Positions 1-11,392 of a DNA stretch of 64,000 bases are shown here, piece after piece. This stretch comes from Lama guanicoe. Its lineage: Eukaryota. Location of the stretch: assembly GCA_013239625.1 (NCBI GenBank), contig MU054338.1, positions 374,001-438,000 of the forward strand. The letters are read 5' to 3'. A program made the translations under genes and the position numbers. The notes under the pieces are model-generated. The model was not told where the DNA came from and made no database searches. It was given only the letters and a program-made list of their open reading frames with translations. The stretch's first letter is position 1, and each line of letters opens with the position of its first letter.

Positions 1-128
1 AGGCTGGAAGGGGTTTCAGTGAAGCTCAAGGGGTGGGGTGGGGTGGGAAGGGTCCTTTCCCAGAACCTCCGAGGGCCGCCAGAGTCTGAGTTCCCGTTGT
101 AAGCAACAACCAAAGAGTGCTTGGAGGT

Positions 129-222
129 GGGGAGGGTAGAGCTCAGTGGTACAGCATGTGCTTAGCATACATGAGGTCCTAGGTTCAAACCCCAGTACCT
201 CCATTTAAGAAAGAGAGAGAGA
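129..222 (+). mobile_element. tRNA-Ala-derived SINE (camelid Vic-1-like), short A/GA tail
   Basis: GGGGAGGGTAGAGCTCAGTGG...GGTTCAAACCCCAGTACCTCC head with A/B boxes; the same head recurs at ~14789, ~27443, ~39166, ~46343 and ~57785. Confidence 0.8.
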
Positions 223-397
223 GGTTGGAAATCAAGACCAGGAGGGAGACTCGAGACTCAAAGAAGATTCAAGTCCCCACCATGTCCCTGGGTAGGCGAC
301 TCACGGGGAGGCCCCCTGGGTGCACGTGGGGGCTGCTATTACAGGGCTCCAAGTGAGCGGAGGCACGTGGGGGGACCCAGCCAATGTCCTCTGGGCC

Positions 398-572
398 TAG
401 GGTGGCCAGATTTAGCAAAAATACTGGGCAACCAGTTAACTCCACGTGTCAGATGAAGACTCACTCTGCAGATAAGCACACCCTGTGTGATGGTGGGGAT
501 GTGCTTACCCTGAAAACTAAGGTTTATCTGACAGCCCAGTTTAGTTGTGCCCGGATCTTGCCTGGTTGCCCT
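398..572. mobile_element. MER53-like palindromic hAT MITE, degenerate
   Basis: Ends TAGGGTGGCCAGATTTAGCAAAAATAC...CTGGTTGCCCT resemble the recalled MER53 consensus and the copy at 8649-8843. Confidence 0.7.
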
Positions 573-658
573 CCTGAGCCAGCCCCCGCCTGGCACTTGT
601 CCTGCCCCCACCGTTCTTCCCAGCACCCACCTCGTCCCCTGCATCCCCAGGATGGGGG

Positions 659-726
659 GAGGAAGTGGGGGCGCCTGGCCCCACCGTGGGGCAACTGCAA
701 CGGCCTCTGGGCATGGGGGCTATAAG
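659..726 (+). promoter_or_regulatory. ELANE myeloid proximal promoter (PU.1/ETS, C/EBP-like, Myb, TATA)
   Basis: GAGGAAGT 659-666, TGGGGCAAC 687-695, CAACGG 698-703, TATAAG 721-726, 55 nt before the ATG; same order as the known elastase promoter. Confidence 0.8.
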
Positions 727-775
727 AGGGAAGGGTGGGCAAAGGGGGCAGAGTCACCAAAGCCCCCGCCCAACC

Positions 776-2872
776 ATGACCCAGAGCTGCAGACCCTCCA
801 GCCCTGCCCTCGCCTCCGTCCTGCTGGCCATGCTCCTGGGCGGTGAGTGGGGCCCGTGCCTGTCCCTGGGCATCCATTCCTGCCTCCCCACTTGCCCTGG
901 ACCCTCTTGGCCCCCTCATCCTCCCGGGGAGTGACAGCTGGGAGAGGAGGAGACTGAGGGTCTGAGTGGTGAGGTCTGAACAGGGGCAGTCACTAGGCAC
1001 TCTTCAGAGCCTCCAAGAGAGTGAAGTCCAGATCCAGCTGCACCCTGGCAGGGGGACCGCTCAGGCCCCCTCTCCACCCAGTGGGTTCCCAGTGGGGGTT
1101 CAGGGCCAACTGGCCCAGGGCAGGGTTTCCCTGCGCCACTCACTGCCCGCACGGCACTTGTCCCCAGGCCCCGCGCTGGCCTCAGAGATAGTGGGGGGCC
1201 AGCCCGCCCGGCCGCATGCGTGGCCGTTCATGGTGTCCCTGCAGCGGCGTGGAGGCCACTTCTGTGGTGCCACCCTGATCTCACCGAACTTCGTCCTGTC
1301 AGCGGCACACTGCCTGAACGGCCTGTGAGTGTCCCCCTCGTCCCCACCCTGTTTCCAGCCCGCCCACCATGCGTGGGGCCAGGATGGCACTGCCGCCTCC
1401 CTGCTGGGCCCGGGGTTGGGGGATCTTCCGGCACAGGCACGAGGGTCTGCAGGTCCTGCTGCTCCCAGGTTGGGGGGGGTCTCTCTACCGCTCCCCATCC
1501 CAGGGCGCCCCAATCACCTCCTGTCCCCCCTACCAGAAACTTCCGGTTGGTGCGCGTGGTGTTGGGGGCCCATAACCTGGGGCGGCGTGAGCTCACCCGG
1601 CAGACGTTCAGGGTCCGGCGGGTCTTTGAAAACGGCTTCGACCCCCTGAGCCTGCAGAACGACATCGTGGTTCTCCAGGTGCGCGGCAGCTGGGGGCAGC
1701 CATGGCAAGTGCAAAGGCCCAGGGGGAGGCTTGCGGAGGGCAGGGAAGGGGCAAGGGGCTGGGGGACATGGTGGGGGCAGGCCTGGTGTCTCCCCGCCGT
1801 CTCTCTGTGCCTCAGTCTCTCCCTCCGTAAGACCAGGAAGTAACCCCCAGCCCCTCTGCAGGGCTGTTGAGAGATCAGAGATGACAGCAGGGAAGCTCGG
1901 AGCAGCTGTCAATCAACACACCACTGTGATTTTGTGTGCCCGCTGGCCAAGGGAAGGGACAGTCTCCGTCTCTGTGAAATGCGGCAAAATCCCCCACATT
2001 AGGTGGGCAGGAGACGGGAGGGAGAAACCTGCCCTCCCGCCGCTGCACCTGCTGTTTACTGCACTCGAGACACGTCCAGGGCCACCCAGGGACACGGTGG
2101 TCGTTCCCACCTTACAGATGGGGAAACCGAGGCCCAGGGTGGGCGCCCCTCTCTGGAGTATCTCAGGACGATGATGGAACTTCAGGCAGGGAAACCGGGG
2201 CCTAGAGAGGCAAGGGCTGCCGCTCACCGCCCCCCGTGACGTGCCACTGCTGTCTCTCCCACTGCAGCTCAATGGGGCGGCCACCCTCAACGCTAACGTG
2301 CAGGTGGCCCAGCTGCCTGCCCAGGACCAAGGCGTGGGCGACGGGGTGCAGTGCCTGGCCATGGGCTGGGGCCAGCTAGGCACAGACCAGCCGTTACCTC
2401 GAGTCCTGCAGCAGCTCAACGTGACCGTGGTGACGGCCCTCTGCCGCCCTGCCAATGTGTGCACCCTGGTGCCACGCCGGCGAGCTGGCATCTGCTTTGT
2501 AGGTACCCTGTGTCCCCCCAACCCCTACCCCATCCCCACCCAGGCTGCAGAGACCAGGACTGCAGCCAGACCCCTGGAAAGACATCCCCATCCTGAAGGG
2601 CAGTGGGTGGGGCTGTGAGGGCAGGGCCTGGAAGCCCTGCCCCCCAAACTTGTGTGACTCCGCAGGGGGACTCCGGCGGGCCCCTGGTCTGCAACGGGCT
2701 GGTCCACGGGATCGACTCCTTCGTTCGGGGGGGCTGCGCCTCTGGGCTCTTCCCAGACTCCTTTGCCTCCGTCGCCACGTTTGCAGACTGGATCAACTCC
2801 ATCATCCGCCGCTATGGGGACAGTGCCCACCCCTCTCTCCACCCCAGGAACCCCGTGGGCAGAACCCCCTAG
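776..2872 (+). CDS. ELANE: Neutrophil elastase preproprotein, 5 exons, 267 aa
   Basis: Exons 776-842, 1168-1324, 1537-1678, 2268-2498, 2666-2872 (804 nt, all GT-AG, phases consistent). Signal peptide, SE prodipeptide, IVGG N-terminus, triad motifs AAHC / NDIV / [14 protein letters not shown]. Confidence 0.97.
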
Positions 2873-2949
2873 AAAGGGCCTGCCCCGTTACCCACCTAAC
2901 CTGCCCCTGGCTGAGCCCTTCCCACATGGCATCACGCAGCATCTGTCAC

Positions 2950-2955
2950 AATAAA
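2950..2955 (+). terminator. ELANE polyadenylation signal
   Basis: AATAAA 77 nt after the stop, followed by a GT-rich downstream element. Confidence 0.85.
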
Positions 2956-3989
2956 AGCTCTCTGTTTTGTAGAATATCTGGGTGTGTGTTGGTTGAACAC
3001 CTGGAAGTCACAAGTCCTCTAGAGAATGTTTTGGGCATGGCACGAGTACGCTGCCACCAGGTGGAGGCAAATTCAGGGCATTGGGGTAAGAAGTCCTTTT
3101 CCTACCCTCCGCAAAAGGATGCTAGTGGTGGTTTCTGGTTCCCCCTCCTGTAAAACATAATTAAACCAGCCTTGCAGGTGGCGGGGACACAAAGCGCTGC
3201 AGCAGGAGTCCGCCGCGTGCTGACGAGGCACAGAAACCACTGCGTCCCCGCAAGCGCACACGCATCCCTTCCTGTCTCCAGCCCTCGCGGCCCCGTTTTA
3301 CAGAAGAGGAGGTGCAGAGAGGTGTGAAGTCGCATTCAGGAGCCTGGGTTCCAGTCCCAGCTTTGTGACTTTGGGCAACTTGCTCCCTGTCTCTGAGCCT
3401 CAGTTTCCCCATGGGGAAGAGTGAGGTGCTGTCTAGGAAGGATCCGGACAGGAGCTGGGGTCCCAGGCCAGCCTCAACCTCACTGGGTGGGGAGACGATC
3501 TCTCCTCCACCTCCCCAGCCTTCGCCTTGGTGGGGTCGGGGGCGGAGGGCGGCAAAGCAGAGCAGGTATTTGCAAGGAGTCACCTAGCCCCAAAGGAGGC
3601 ACAGCCTGGGGAGGTGACCAGCCAGTACCCTATTCTGCTTCCTTGAGCCTGGGAAGGAACCCCTGGGGGCCACAGGCGGGGACCACAGCACACATGGCCT
3701 CTCTCATCAGGCGGCTCAGTCTGGTGGTGGGGGAACAGCCGCCCAAGCGGGCAAGTGAGAGAAGGGACGCCGCCTCCCTCACCCTGCCGCCACAGCGCAA
3801 GGCGGGAACAACCCCCCCTACTCTGTCCCCCGCCGCTCTCCTCCCAGTGGGCCCCACCAGCCTGGGCCACATGCCAGGGTCTTTACTTTTGCTGTTCCCT
3901 CTGCCCGCCTGCTCTCCCCACCGGGTGCCCCCTGGGCACACCCCACACACACACATGCCCACTGCTCAGAAAGGTGACCCACTGCCCTG

Positions 3990-4245
3990 CAATTGCTTTT
4001 TCCACTTAATACTACACTCTTTCCGCGTCAACAAAGCATCCGGGGACACGCAGGGTTATTTATTGAACCGTCCTGTCTTGTTGGGTCATTTCCAAACTTT
4101 GTTGCAATTTCCAATACTCTTACACAATCTGGACTCCACACCCCAATGGGCTTTTGGTCAGTTTCTGATTTTAGCCAGGAAGCATGTTAGGATCTCACCT
4201 GTCACATTTGTTACGTTGTTTCCTGTTTTTCTCTGTACAAGTGAA
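3990..4245 (-). mobile_element. Old L1 (L1M-type) 3' fragment
   Basis: AT-rich segment with L1M-like motifs such as TTGGGTCATTTCCAAACTTTGTTGCAAT; subfamily not assignable. Confidence 0.45.
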
Positions 4246-5227
4246 ATAGTCCACCGTGAAAGAAAAAGAAGGAAAAGTAAAAATATTGCACTGTCCCCAC
4301 TGGGTACGTTCGAGGTCCCCTCCCACTTCTGGCTGCAGGAAGCACCTCTCTTAGTAGGTTCAGGAGATGCTGACCCACCACCCCAACTTACAGAGGCCAT
4401 GTGACCCAGGTTCCGCTCATTGGAACCTACCAGCTCCTGCCCACAATGAGTGTTTGGGAGCATGAGATCCAAGCTCGGCCAGAGACAGCCTTGAGACGTT
4501 GCCTAGAGGGATGGGAAATTTGCGGAGGGGCTCCTGAGGTCACAACGAGGGCGCCTGGTGAGGAAAAAGCCATCAAAGAGGAAAGGGGGAACCAGAGGCA
4601 GAGACCTAACATTGTTCAGGTGCCTGGATCAAGCTACACCTGAAGGTAGACCAGGAACTTTCCATTTAAATTTCCTTGTTGAAGGCGCCTCCCCTCAGTT
4701 CGACTAGATTTTTCCATCACTTGTATCCAACAGTTTTTCCAGCTGCCCTACACGCTACATTTCCAATATTCTACTTGTTGGGGTATCAAGTCCCAGAGGC
4801 ACAGCAGACCTTCCCCCGCCCCCACCTGACCTCTTCTCCAAGTGTCCAGAGGAAGATAAAGAAGGGAGGGGTAGAAAATGAGGAAATGAGTTGTTTACAA
4901 ACTGTGGTCTCCAGCTGCTGTTGCGAAACTCTGGGGCTGGAAGGGCACTCTGGGGATACTGGGCTGGGGGGCTGGGGGGCAGTTCCATCCCTCTGCTCTG
5001 CCTGCTGCCCACCCTGAGGGTCTGCTCTCCACACCTGGGCTGGGCCTGGGCCAGGCTCAGAGGCAGGCGGCACGCCCAGCAGCCTGTCTACTCTTGGTAC
5101 AAAACCCAGCAGGAGATACCCCCAACCCCACCCCAGGGGGGACGGACAGGAGGCTCCTTTTTGCCCAGCTGGGCCTCTGCCCACTCGGCAGACAGGGCCT
5201 GTGGGAGTGCCCGCCCTCTTCCAGCCT

Positions 5228-5235
5228 CATAAAAG
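5228..5235 (+). promoter_or_regulatory. CFD TATA-like box
   Basis: CATAAAAG ~55 nt upstream of an ATG in a strong Kozak context (CACCATGG). Confidence 0.7.
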
Positions 5236-5282
5236 CAGCCCCAGCATCCCGCCTGGGTCAGTGTCGAGGCCCCGGCAGCACC

Positions 5283-7372
5283 ATGGCGGGCCGCTCGCTG
5301 CACCTGGCGGCTCTGATCCTCCTGGGAGTGGCTGTATGTGGTGAGTGGACCTGGGCCTGGTGTGACAGCTGTGGGGGCCACTGGCCTGCAGGGCAGTCAG
5401 CCAGGGGGACCCCTTCCATCGAACACAACTGTCCTCCAGCCCCACTGAGTAGGCAGAGAGGTGGCGGTGTCCATGTGAACACAAGGCTCTGAAAACCAAG
5501 GAATTCTCAAAATTTTGACCCTAGCTTTCTGCGCACAGTGAGACTAACTCTACAGTGGAAAACCCGCAGCCCGAGGGGCAGCTGTCTGGTGGGGGTGTGA
5601 GTTTGGTCAGTCCGTTTTTCTTACGTTTCAGTTGGAGCCGTTAGGCCGGACGTGTAGGTATGGAATTTGCCCCAGACTCTGTCCCTCAGTGCCACCTGTC
5701 TTCTTGGGCATTCCTCCCTGGGCCCCTGGAGTTTGCAACTCTGGGAGGATTCCAAGGCTGGTTCTGTTCTGAGGGGTGCTGGAGCTGCCTGGGGGTAGAG
5801 GGGGAATCTGAGGGCTGGGCTGCCATCACCCCTGAAGGCCTCACGCAGACCTGCCTGCCTCCAGCAGCACAGCCCCAAGGCCGGATCCTGGGCGGCAGAG
5901 AGGCCAAGTCCCACGCGCGGCCCTACATGGCCTCGGTGCAGGTGAACGGCAAGCACGTGTGCGGAGGCTTCCTTGCCGCCGAGCAGTGGGTGCTGAGCGC
6001 CGCGCACTGCCTGGAGGACGTGTGAGTGGCCTGGGGCAAAGTTCCCGAAGGGGGTTTTGGTGGGGCCAGGACGTGGGTCTGATGCGGGCCTACCACACTC
6101 CCAGGGCCGACGGGAAGCTGCAGGTGCTCCTGGGCGCGCACTCCCTGTCGCAGCCGGAGCCCACCAAGCGCCTGTACGACGTGCTCCGCGCAGTGCCCCA
6201 CCCGGACAGCCGACCTGACACCATCGACCACGACCTCCTCTTGCTGCAGGTCTGCTAAGTCTCTCCGCAGTCCCCACTCCTGCACTTGGGGCCCCGCGCC
6301 CGCCCCACCCTAATGCCGGCTTCCGCCCCGTCCCCCAGCTCTCTGAGAAGGCCGTGCTGGGCCCCGCCGTGCAGCCCCTGCCCTGGCAGCGCGAGGACCG
6401 AGACGTGGCGGCCGGCACACTCTGCGACGTGGCCGGCTGGGGCGTGGTTAGCTACACGGGCCGCCGGCCCGACCGCCTGCAGCACTTGCTCCTGCCGGTG
6501 ATGGACCGCGCCACCTGCAACCTGCGCGCGTACCATGACGGCACCATCACCCAGCGCATGATGTGCGCAGAGAGCAACCGCCGGGACACCTGCAAGGTGT
6601 GCGGCGGGGCGCGGCCGAGCGGGGGAGGGGCGTGATGGAGCGTGTGGCCCGGCGAAGGGACGGGACACAGAAGGGACTGGCCCGCGGATGGGCGGGGACT
6701 ACAGAAAGGCGGGGTGGGAGGCGGGGCTTAGCGCGTGGGCGGAGTTTGCACCGACCAGGATCCGGGAGTGGGCGTGGCCCGAGACAGGTGTCGGGGCCCC
6801 AGATGGGAGGGTCAATCACGGGACAGGCTGGGTGAGCGTGTCTGGCCTGACGTCAAGGTAGGGCTGGGAGGAGAGGTGGGATCTGGACGAGGGTATGTAC
6901 GAGGCGGGGCCCGGGCTTGGAGAGGGCGGGGAGTGGGGGCAGGGTCGGAGGAGGAGGCGGATGGCTGAGCCTGGGACAGGCCCGGGACAGAGAGGGGCGG
7001 AGCCAAAATCCGGGGAGACGGGGCCTTAGTGGGCAGGGCCCTGGGAGACTGAAGCAACTCCCGGCAGCTCCAGCTGGGAGCAGGTTGCGGCCAGAGGGAC
7101 ACGCGGAAACGCAGCGGGCGCCGGTGGAGCTCACCCGACACGGGAGGGCGGGCCGGACGCCTGCGGCCGGGCCTGCACCAGACCTCACGACCCCACCCCA
7201 CCCCACGCAGGGCGACTCCGGAGGCCCGCTGGTGTGCGGGGGCGTGGCCGAAGGTGTGGTCACCTCAGGCTCCCGAGTCTGCGGCAACCGCAAGAAGCCC
7301 GGCATCTACACGCGTTTGGCTAGCTATGCAGCCTGGATCGACGGCGTGATGGCTGAGGGAGCGGCCGCCTAA
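5283..7372 (+). CDS. CFD: Complement factor D (adipsin), 5 exons, 259 aa
   Basis: Exons 5283-5340, 5865-6021, 6105-6249, 6339-6596, 7211-7372 (780 nt). QPQGR|ILGG activation site, AAHC, DHDLLLL, CKGDSGG, factor-D self-inhibitory loop TSGSRVCG. Confidence 0.97.
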
Positions 7373-7413
7373 GGAGGGCCTGCGGGGCGGCGGTCACGGG
7401 GGTGGGGCCGAGC

Positions 7414-7419
7414 AATAAA
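7414..7419 (+). terminator. CFD polyadenylation signal
   Basis: AATAAA 41 nt after the TAA stop. Confidence 0.85.
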
Positions 7420-8648
7420 GTCAACCCTTCCTGCATCCAGCCTGTCTGTATTGACTGCGCGCTGCGCGCGGGAGCAGACGGAGGCGAGCCAAGGGGGTGG
7501 CCGCAATCAGCAAACAAAAGCGTTTGCCCTGGTAATGCAGTGCCAGGAGGTGAGGTGACCGAAAGGCTGAGACGGCGTGTCCGGCGGAGGGACCTTCGGA
7601 GGCAAAAGTCCAGGGAACTGACGCCTGTGGAGCTGCCAGGAGTTGCTTCACACCTCTGCCACACGGTGGCGCCCTTACTCTTCCCTGGAAATTGGAGGAG
7701 CCCCGAACCCAGGGAGGGGCCCACCTGGGGGCCGGGGAACGTCCAGCTTTCCCTCTGCTCCCCAAGCAGAACGTGAAGGCCTTCCGTGTGCAAGATCCCG
7801 CTCTAGGCTGAGATTGAGGTACACAGAGAAGTTGTGTTCTTATGACCCAAGTCCCAAATCGGGAAGCAGGCTCAGAGAGACTGGGTGACTCTCCTGAGGT
7901 CACACAGACGCTCCTGAGCAAAGCCTGGAATTGAACCCGGAGCTATGGCGCCTGTGCTCATAGGCACCTCTAGGTGCTGCCAGGTTCACTGGCCGAGGAA
8001 AGCGGGAAGGAGTCCCAGAGCAGCCACACTGACTGGGGGGGTCCAGGTGATTCACTGCCCTCCTGGGTCTCACTTACACTTCTGGGAGGTGACAGAGGGC
8101 CCTTCTCCCACTTGGATGAGGGGCCACTGAAGCCCAGCCCCTAGTAGGCCCCAGGTGTTAAGCCTGGTCCACTAAAGGAGTCCCTTTGGTTGAAAAAGAC
8201 AGAGGGTCTGAGAGGTGAAGCCCTGTGCCCCACCAGGGACTGGAATCGGAACCTGTGGCCAGGTTTCATTTTCCTGTACGGAGGGTTCAACTGGGAGCCA
8301 TTCATTCATATGTAAACACTTGTCAAACGCCCACTGTGTACCTGGCCCTGGGCTGAGTACTGGAGACACAGCTAAGACCCAGCCCTGCTCATAGGACCTT
8401 AGCCAAATACTCCACTGGACAGGACGGCACTCATCTAGTCATTCTGATGACAAGTCTGAGTCTTTCCTCAGCCCAGCTGCGAATTTCATAATTTAAGTTG
8501 TACACGTTTGAAAAAGAGGGGAGAGGGAAACACAGCTACAGGTCATCAGCCACAACAGACTCATTCATCCAACAGGTATTTCCTGAATGGAACATGACAC
8601 CACGGAGTGCCTTTGAAATGATCCAGTTTGGTGGTGGTGGGTGGGCTG

Positions 8649-8843
8649 CAGGAGGATTACTGGATTTAGCAAATGAAAATACAGGACATCCAGTTAAATG
8701 GGAATTTCAGAAAAACAGCAAATACTGTATGTAACATAAGTATATCCCATGTAATATTTGGGACAGATTTATGCTAAGACAGTATGCATCGTCCACCTGA
8801 AATTCAAACTGAACTGCATCCTGCGTGTTATTTGGCAACACCA
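8649..8843. mobile_element. MER53 palindromic hAT MITE
   Basis: GATTTAGCAAATGAAAATACAGGACATCCAGTTAAAT...ATATTTGGGACAG...CTGAAATTCAAA...TTTGGCAAC matches the recalled MER53 consensus; internally self-complementary. Confidence 0.85.
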
Positions 8844-11392
8844 CTGGGGGTACAGACGAAAGCAGACTGTCCCCGTCGGTGAGCTGGGGGCCCAGACTCT
8901 CCGGGCCTGGAGGGTCAGAGCAGGACCAGATGGAGTGGGAGATGTAGCCTGGGGAGGGGTCTGTGTGTTTCCAGGCAGGCGACCTAGGCTTAATACCTTC
9001 TACCCTATGGGGGGTGCTCTGCAGTCACAATGGAAACCCAGGCGTGACAGAGCCATCTGAGAGCCTTGTGACCCTGCAGGCCGCTTCTAGCAACACCCCC
9101 TGGACACTTGTGGGCGGGGGAGGCGGTGAGGGGACGCCCCAAGCCACGGGGGAGGGCAGGACGGACAGGGAGCGCAGGGAGGGCCACGTGGCTGTGCCCT
9201 ACTGGCCAGAGGGAGTCCAGGGCTGCTTCCCACTTCTCTTCTGGAGAACGGTGGCCTCAGCTCCCTGATCTGTAAGGAGGGGCACGGGGACATGCGGACT
9301 GAACCGCCCTTTCGCGCCCTGATACCATGTGCTGCTGCTGCCCTAAGAGGTGGGACCACAACCCCCTCTCAACCAGGAAGGACATTCCAGAAGGACCCAC
9401 AGCAGGCAGCACCCCATGGCCCCGGATGAGCCAACGATTCTGGACAGCCCGGCACGCTGAAGCCCACTGGGCTAGTCACAGCAGTCCCAAAATGTCCTTG
9501 GTTATCTGCTGCCACGTAACAAACCGCCCCAGACTTGGCAACGCTGAACCCCCGCCTCTCCACATTCACTGTCCACTGAGCGCAGCTTACGAGGGTTGGG
9601 GGTCCTACGGGCACGGGGGCTCATCCCGGCTCCACCATCTAGGTGACTGGAGCCTCGGGGCCTGGAGGTGTCCGGAGGCATGGGGTGAGGTGTACTGAGC
9701 ACCCACAGGCACCTCCCCACGTCGCATGGGCTTCCTTGCAGCCCCGGGGCCCAGATGAGGGCCCAGGAGCCAGGCCGGTCCCCCTCAGCCTCAGGGTCAC
9801 AAGGCGCCACTCCCACTGCGCAGGGCAGGTGGGAACAGGCACGAGCCCCCAGACCCAAGGGGAGGGGCCAGGGGCCCGCCCTCCACAGAGCCGTCAGAGG
9901 ACAGCGGCCAGGTTGTAAAACCCCCACAATTCAACGCTAGACCAGTGACATGTGAGTGCAAGAAAACAGACTCATTTTTCTAAGACAATTAACTAGTTTA
10001 AAGACTTCAGAATGACCTAAGAAAGGCAAATTGCTTAAAAACATACGGTCAAATGAGGTATGGGAGACATAACTGATCATAAGAGGCCGAGGAAAAATGT
10101 GCAGGAACCAGTAAGGACAGCCTTTTATGGCCCCCACCCGACAGTGTGGGCGCAGTTTGGGTGGGAAGGTCCCGGAGGAGAGGCCCTCCTCCTGCACCTC
10201 CAGTTAGAGCAAATGGCTTACAGACACCTCCCTCCTCCGGGCAGTGAGCGCACATCCAGGTGCCGGACCCGGGCTTTCCACCCCCTCCCAGCAGACGCGA
10301 CCTCGGCCGCAGGTTGTGCTGGCCCTGGATGCTGTCACCCTCCCTCTGGTGCGGTGGCTGCCGCAGGTGGAAGGGAGACAGGCCCCCAGCCCAGATAATG
10401 GGGCTCCTGGAGCTTGGCCACCCCCGGAAAGCCTGACAAAGCAGCGTGAGTTGACCTCCCGCTACTTGGCCTACCCTCCCTCTGATCTCCAGAAGGAAAA
10501 CAAGAGAACCAATTACCACTTAACAGGCAGCCACTGTGCCTGGAGGCCACGGGGAGCCAGACAGAATCTGAAAGTGGCTGCTGGCAGACACAGGACCCCT
10601 GGGGAATGAGGCCTGAGCTCCCAGAACCCGGGGGCGGGGCCAGGTAGGGGGGACAAGAGACAGAGGTGCTCATATCAGCAGAAACTGGGGGCAGGGAGCA
10701 CCCCCAGCCACCTCTAGCCTACTGCTCCCCACAGGGACCCTGTGCCTGGCATACACTAAGTGCTCAATAATGCTGACACAGCAAGAAAGCAACACACGAG
10801 GGGCAGAAGCACACAGCCGGGGAAGGGAGCAGGAACTGGACGAGGCTTGGGGAGGGGCCGTGCCCAGGACACCGACGAAACGCCCTGTGGGGGCTTTCCT
10901 GGGCCCTCCCCGCTCACAGACCTCTGGACACGAGGGCTTGGTATCTATCAACAGGCAAGGTGAGTGAACCGGGGCAGGCGGCCTGATGGGTCCACGTGAA
11001 AAGTTCCAAAGGACAGAGGCCTGGGCCATCCTGGACCTGTGGCACTCAGAGGTCCCAGACGCGGCACACGGGCCCTGGCTCTGCCCGGGGCGGTCTCAGT
11101 CACCAGCGGGTAGGGTGGCCACGCGGCTGGGCCCTCCTCCCGGGGCTCACCGTCAGGCCCGAGGGAGAAAGAGCAGCGCCTGGGGCTGAGGGCGCCAACT
11201 CGATGCTTCAGGCCGTGTCCTCGCCTGTCCTGTCGGATACCGGGGTGCTGGCTGCGGCTGACAAGGCCCCAAAAGCATAGTTCAAGGTGGCGCTGTCTAA
11301 CGCACCCAGTGAAGGTCTGGAGTACACAGCTGCTCTGTCTCCGGCAAGGGGACAGTATGGCCTTCCTTGAAATCCATCAGGAATCCACTTAC

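Noticed and set aside
776..2872. Alternative identity as PRTN3 or AZU1 ([10 protein letters not shown] is PR3-like)
   Set aside because: SE prodipeptide, intact triad, FVRGGCASG loop and position directly upstream of CFD all fit ELANE
3421..4404. 327-aa ORF between ELANE and CFD
   Set aside because: Non-ATG start, runs through MIR/L1-derived sequence, no recognisable domain
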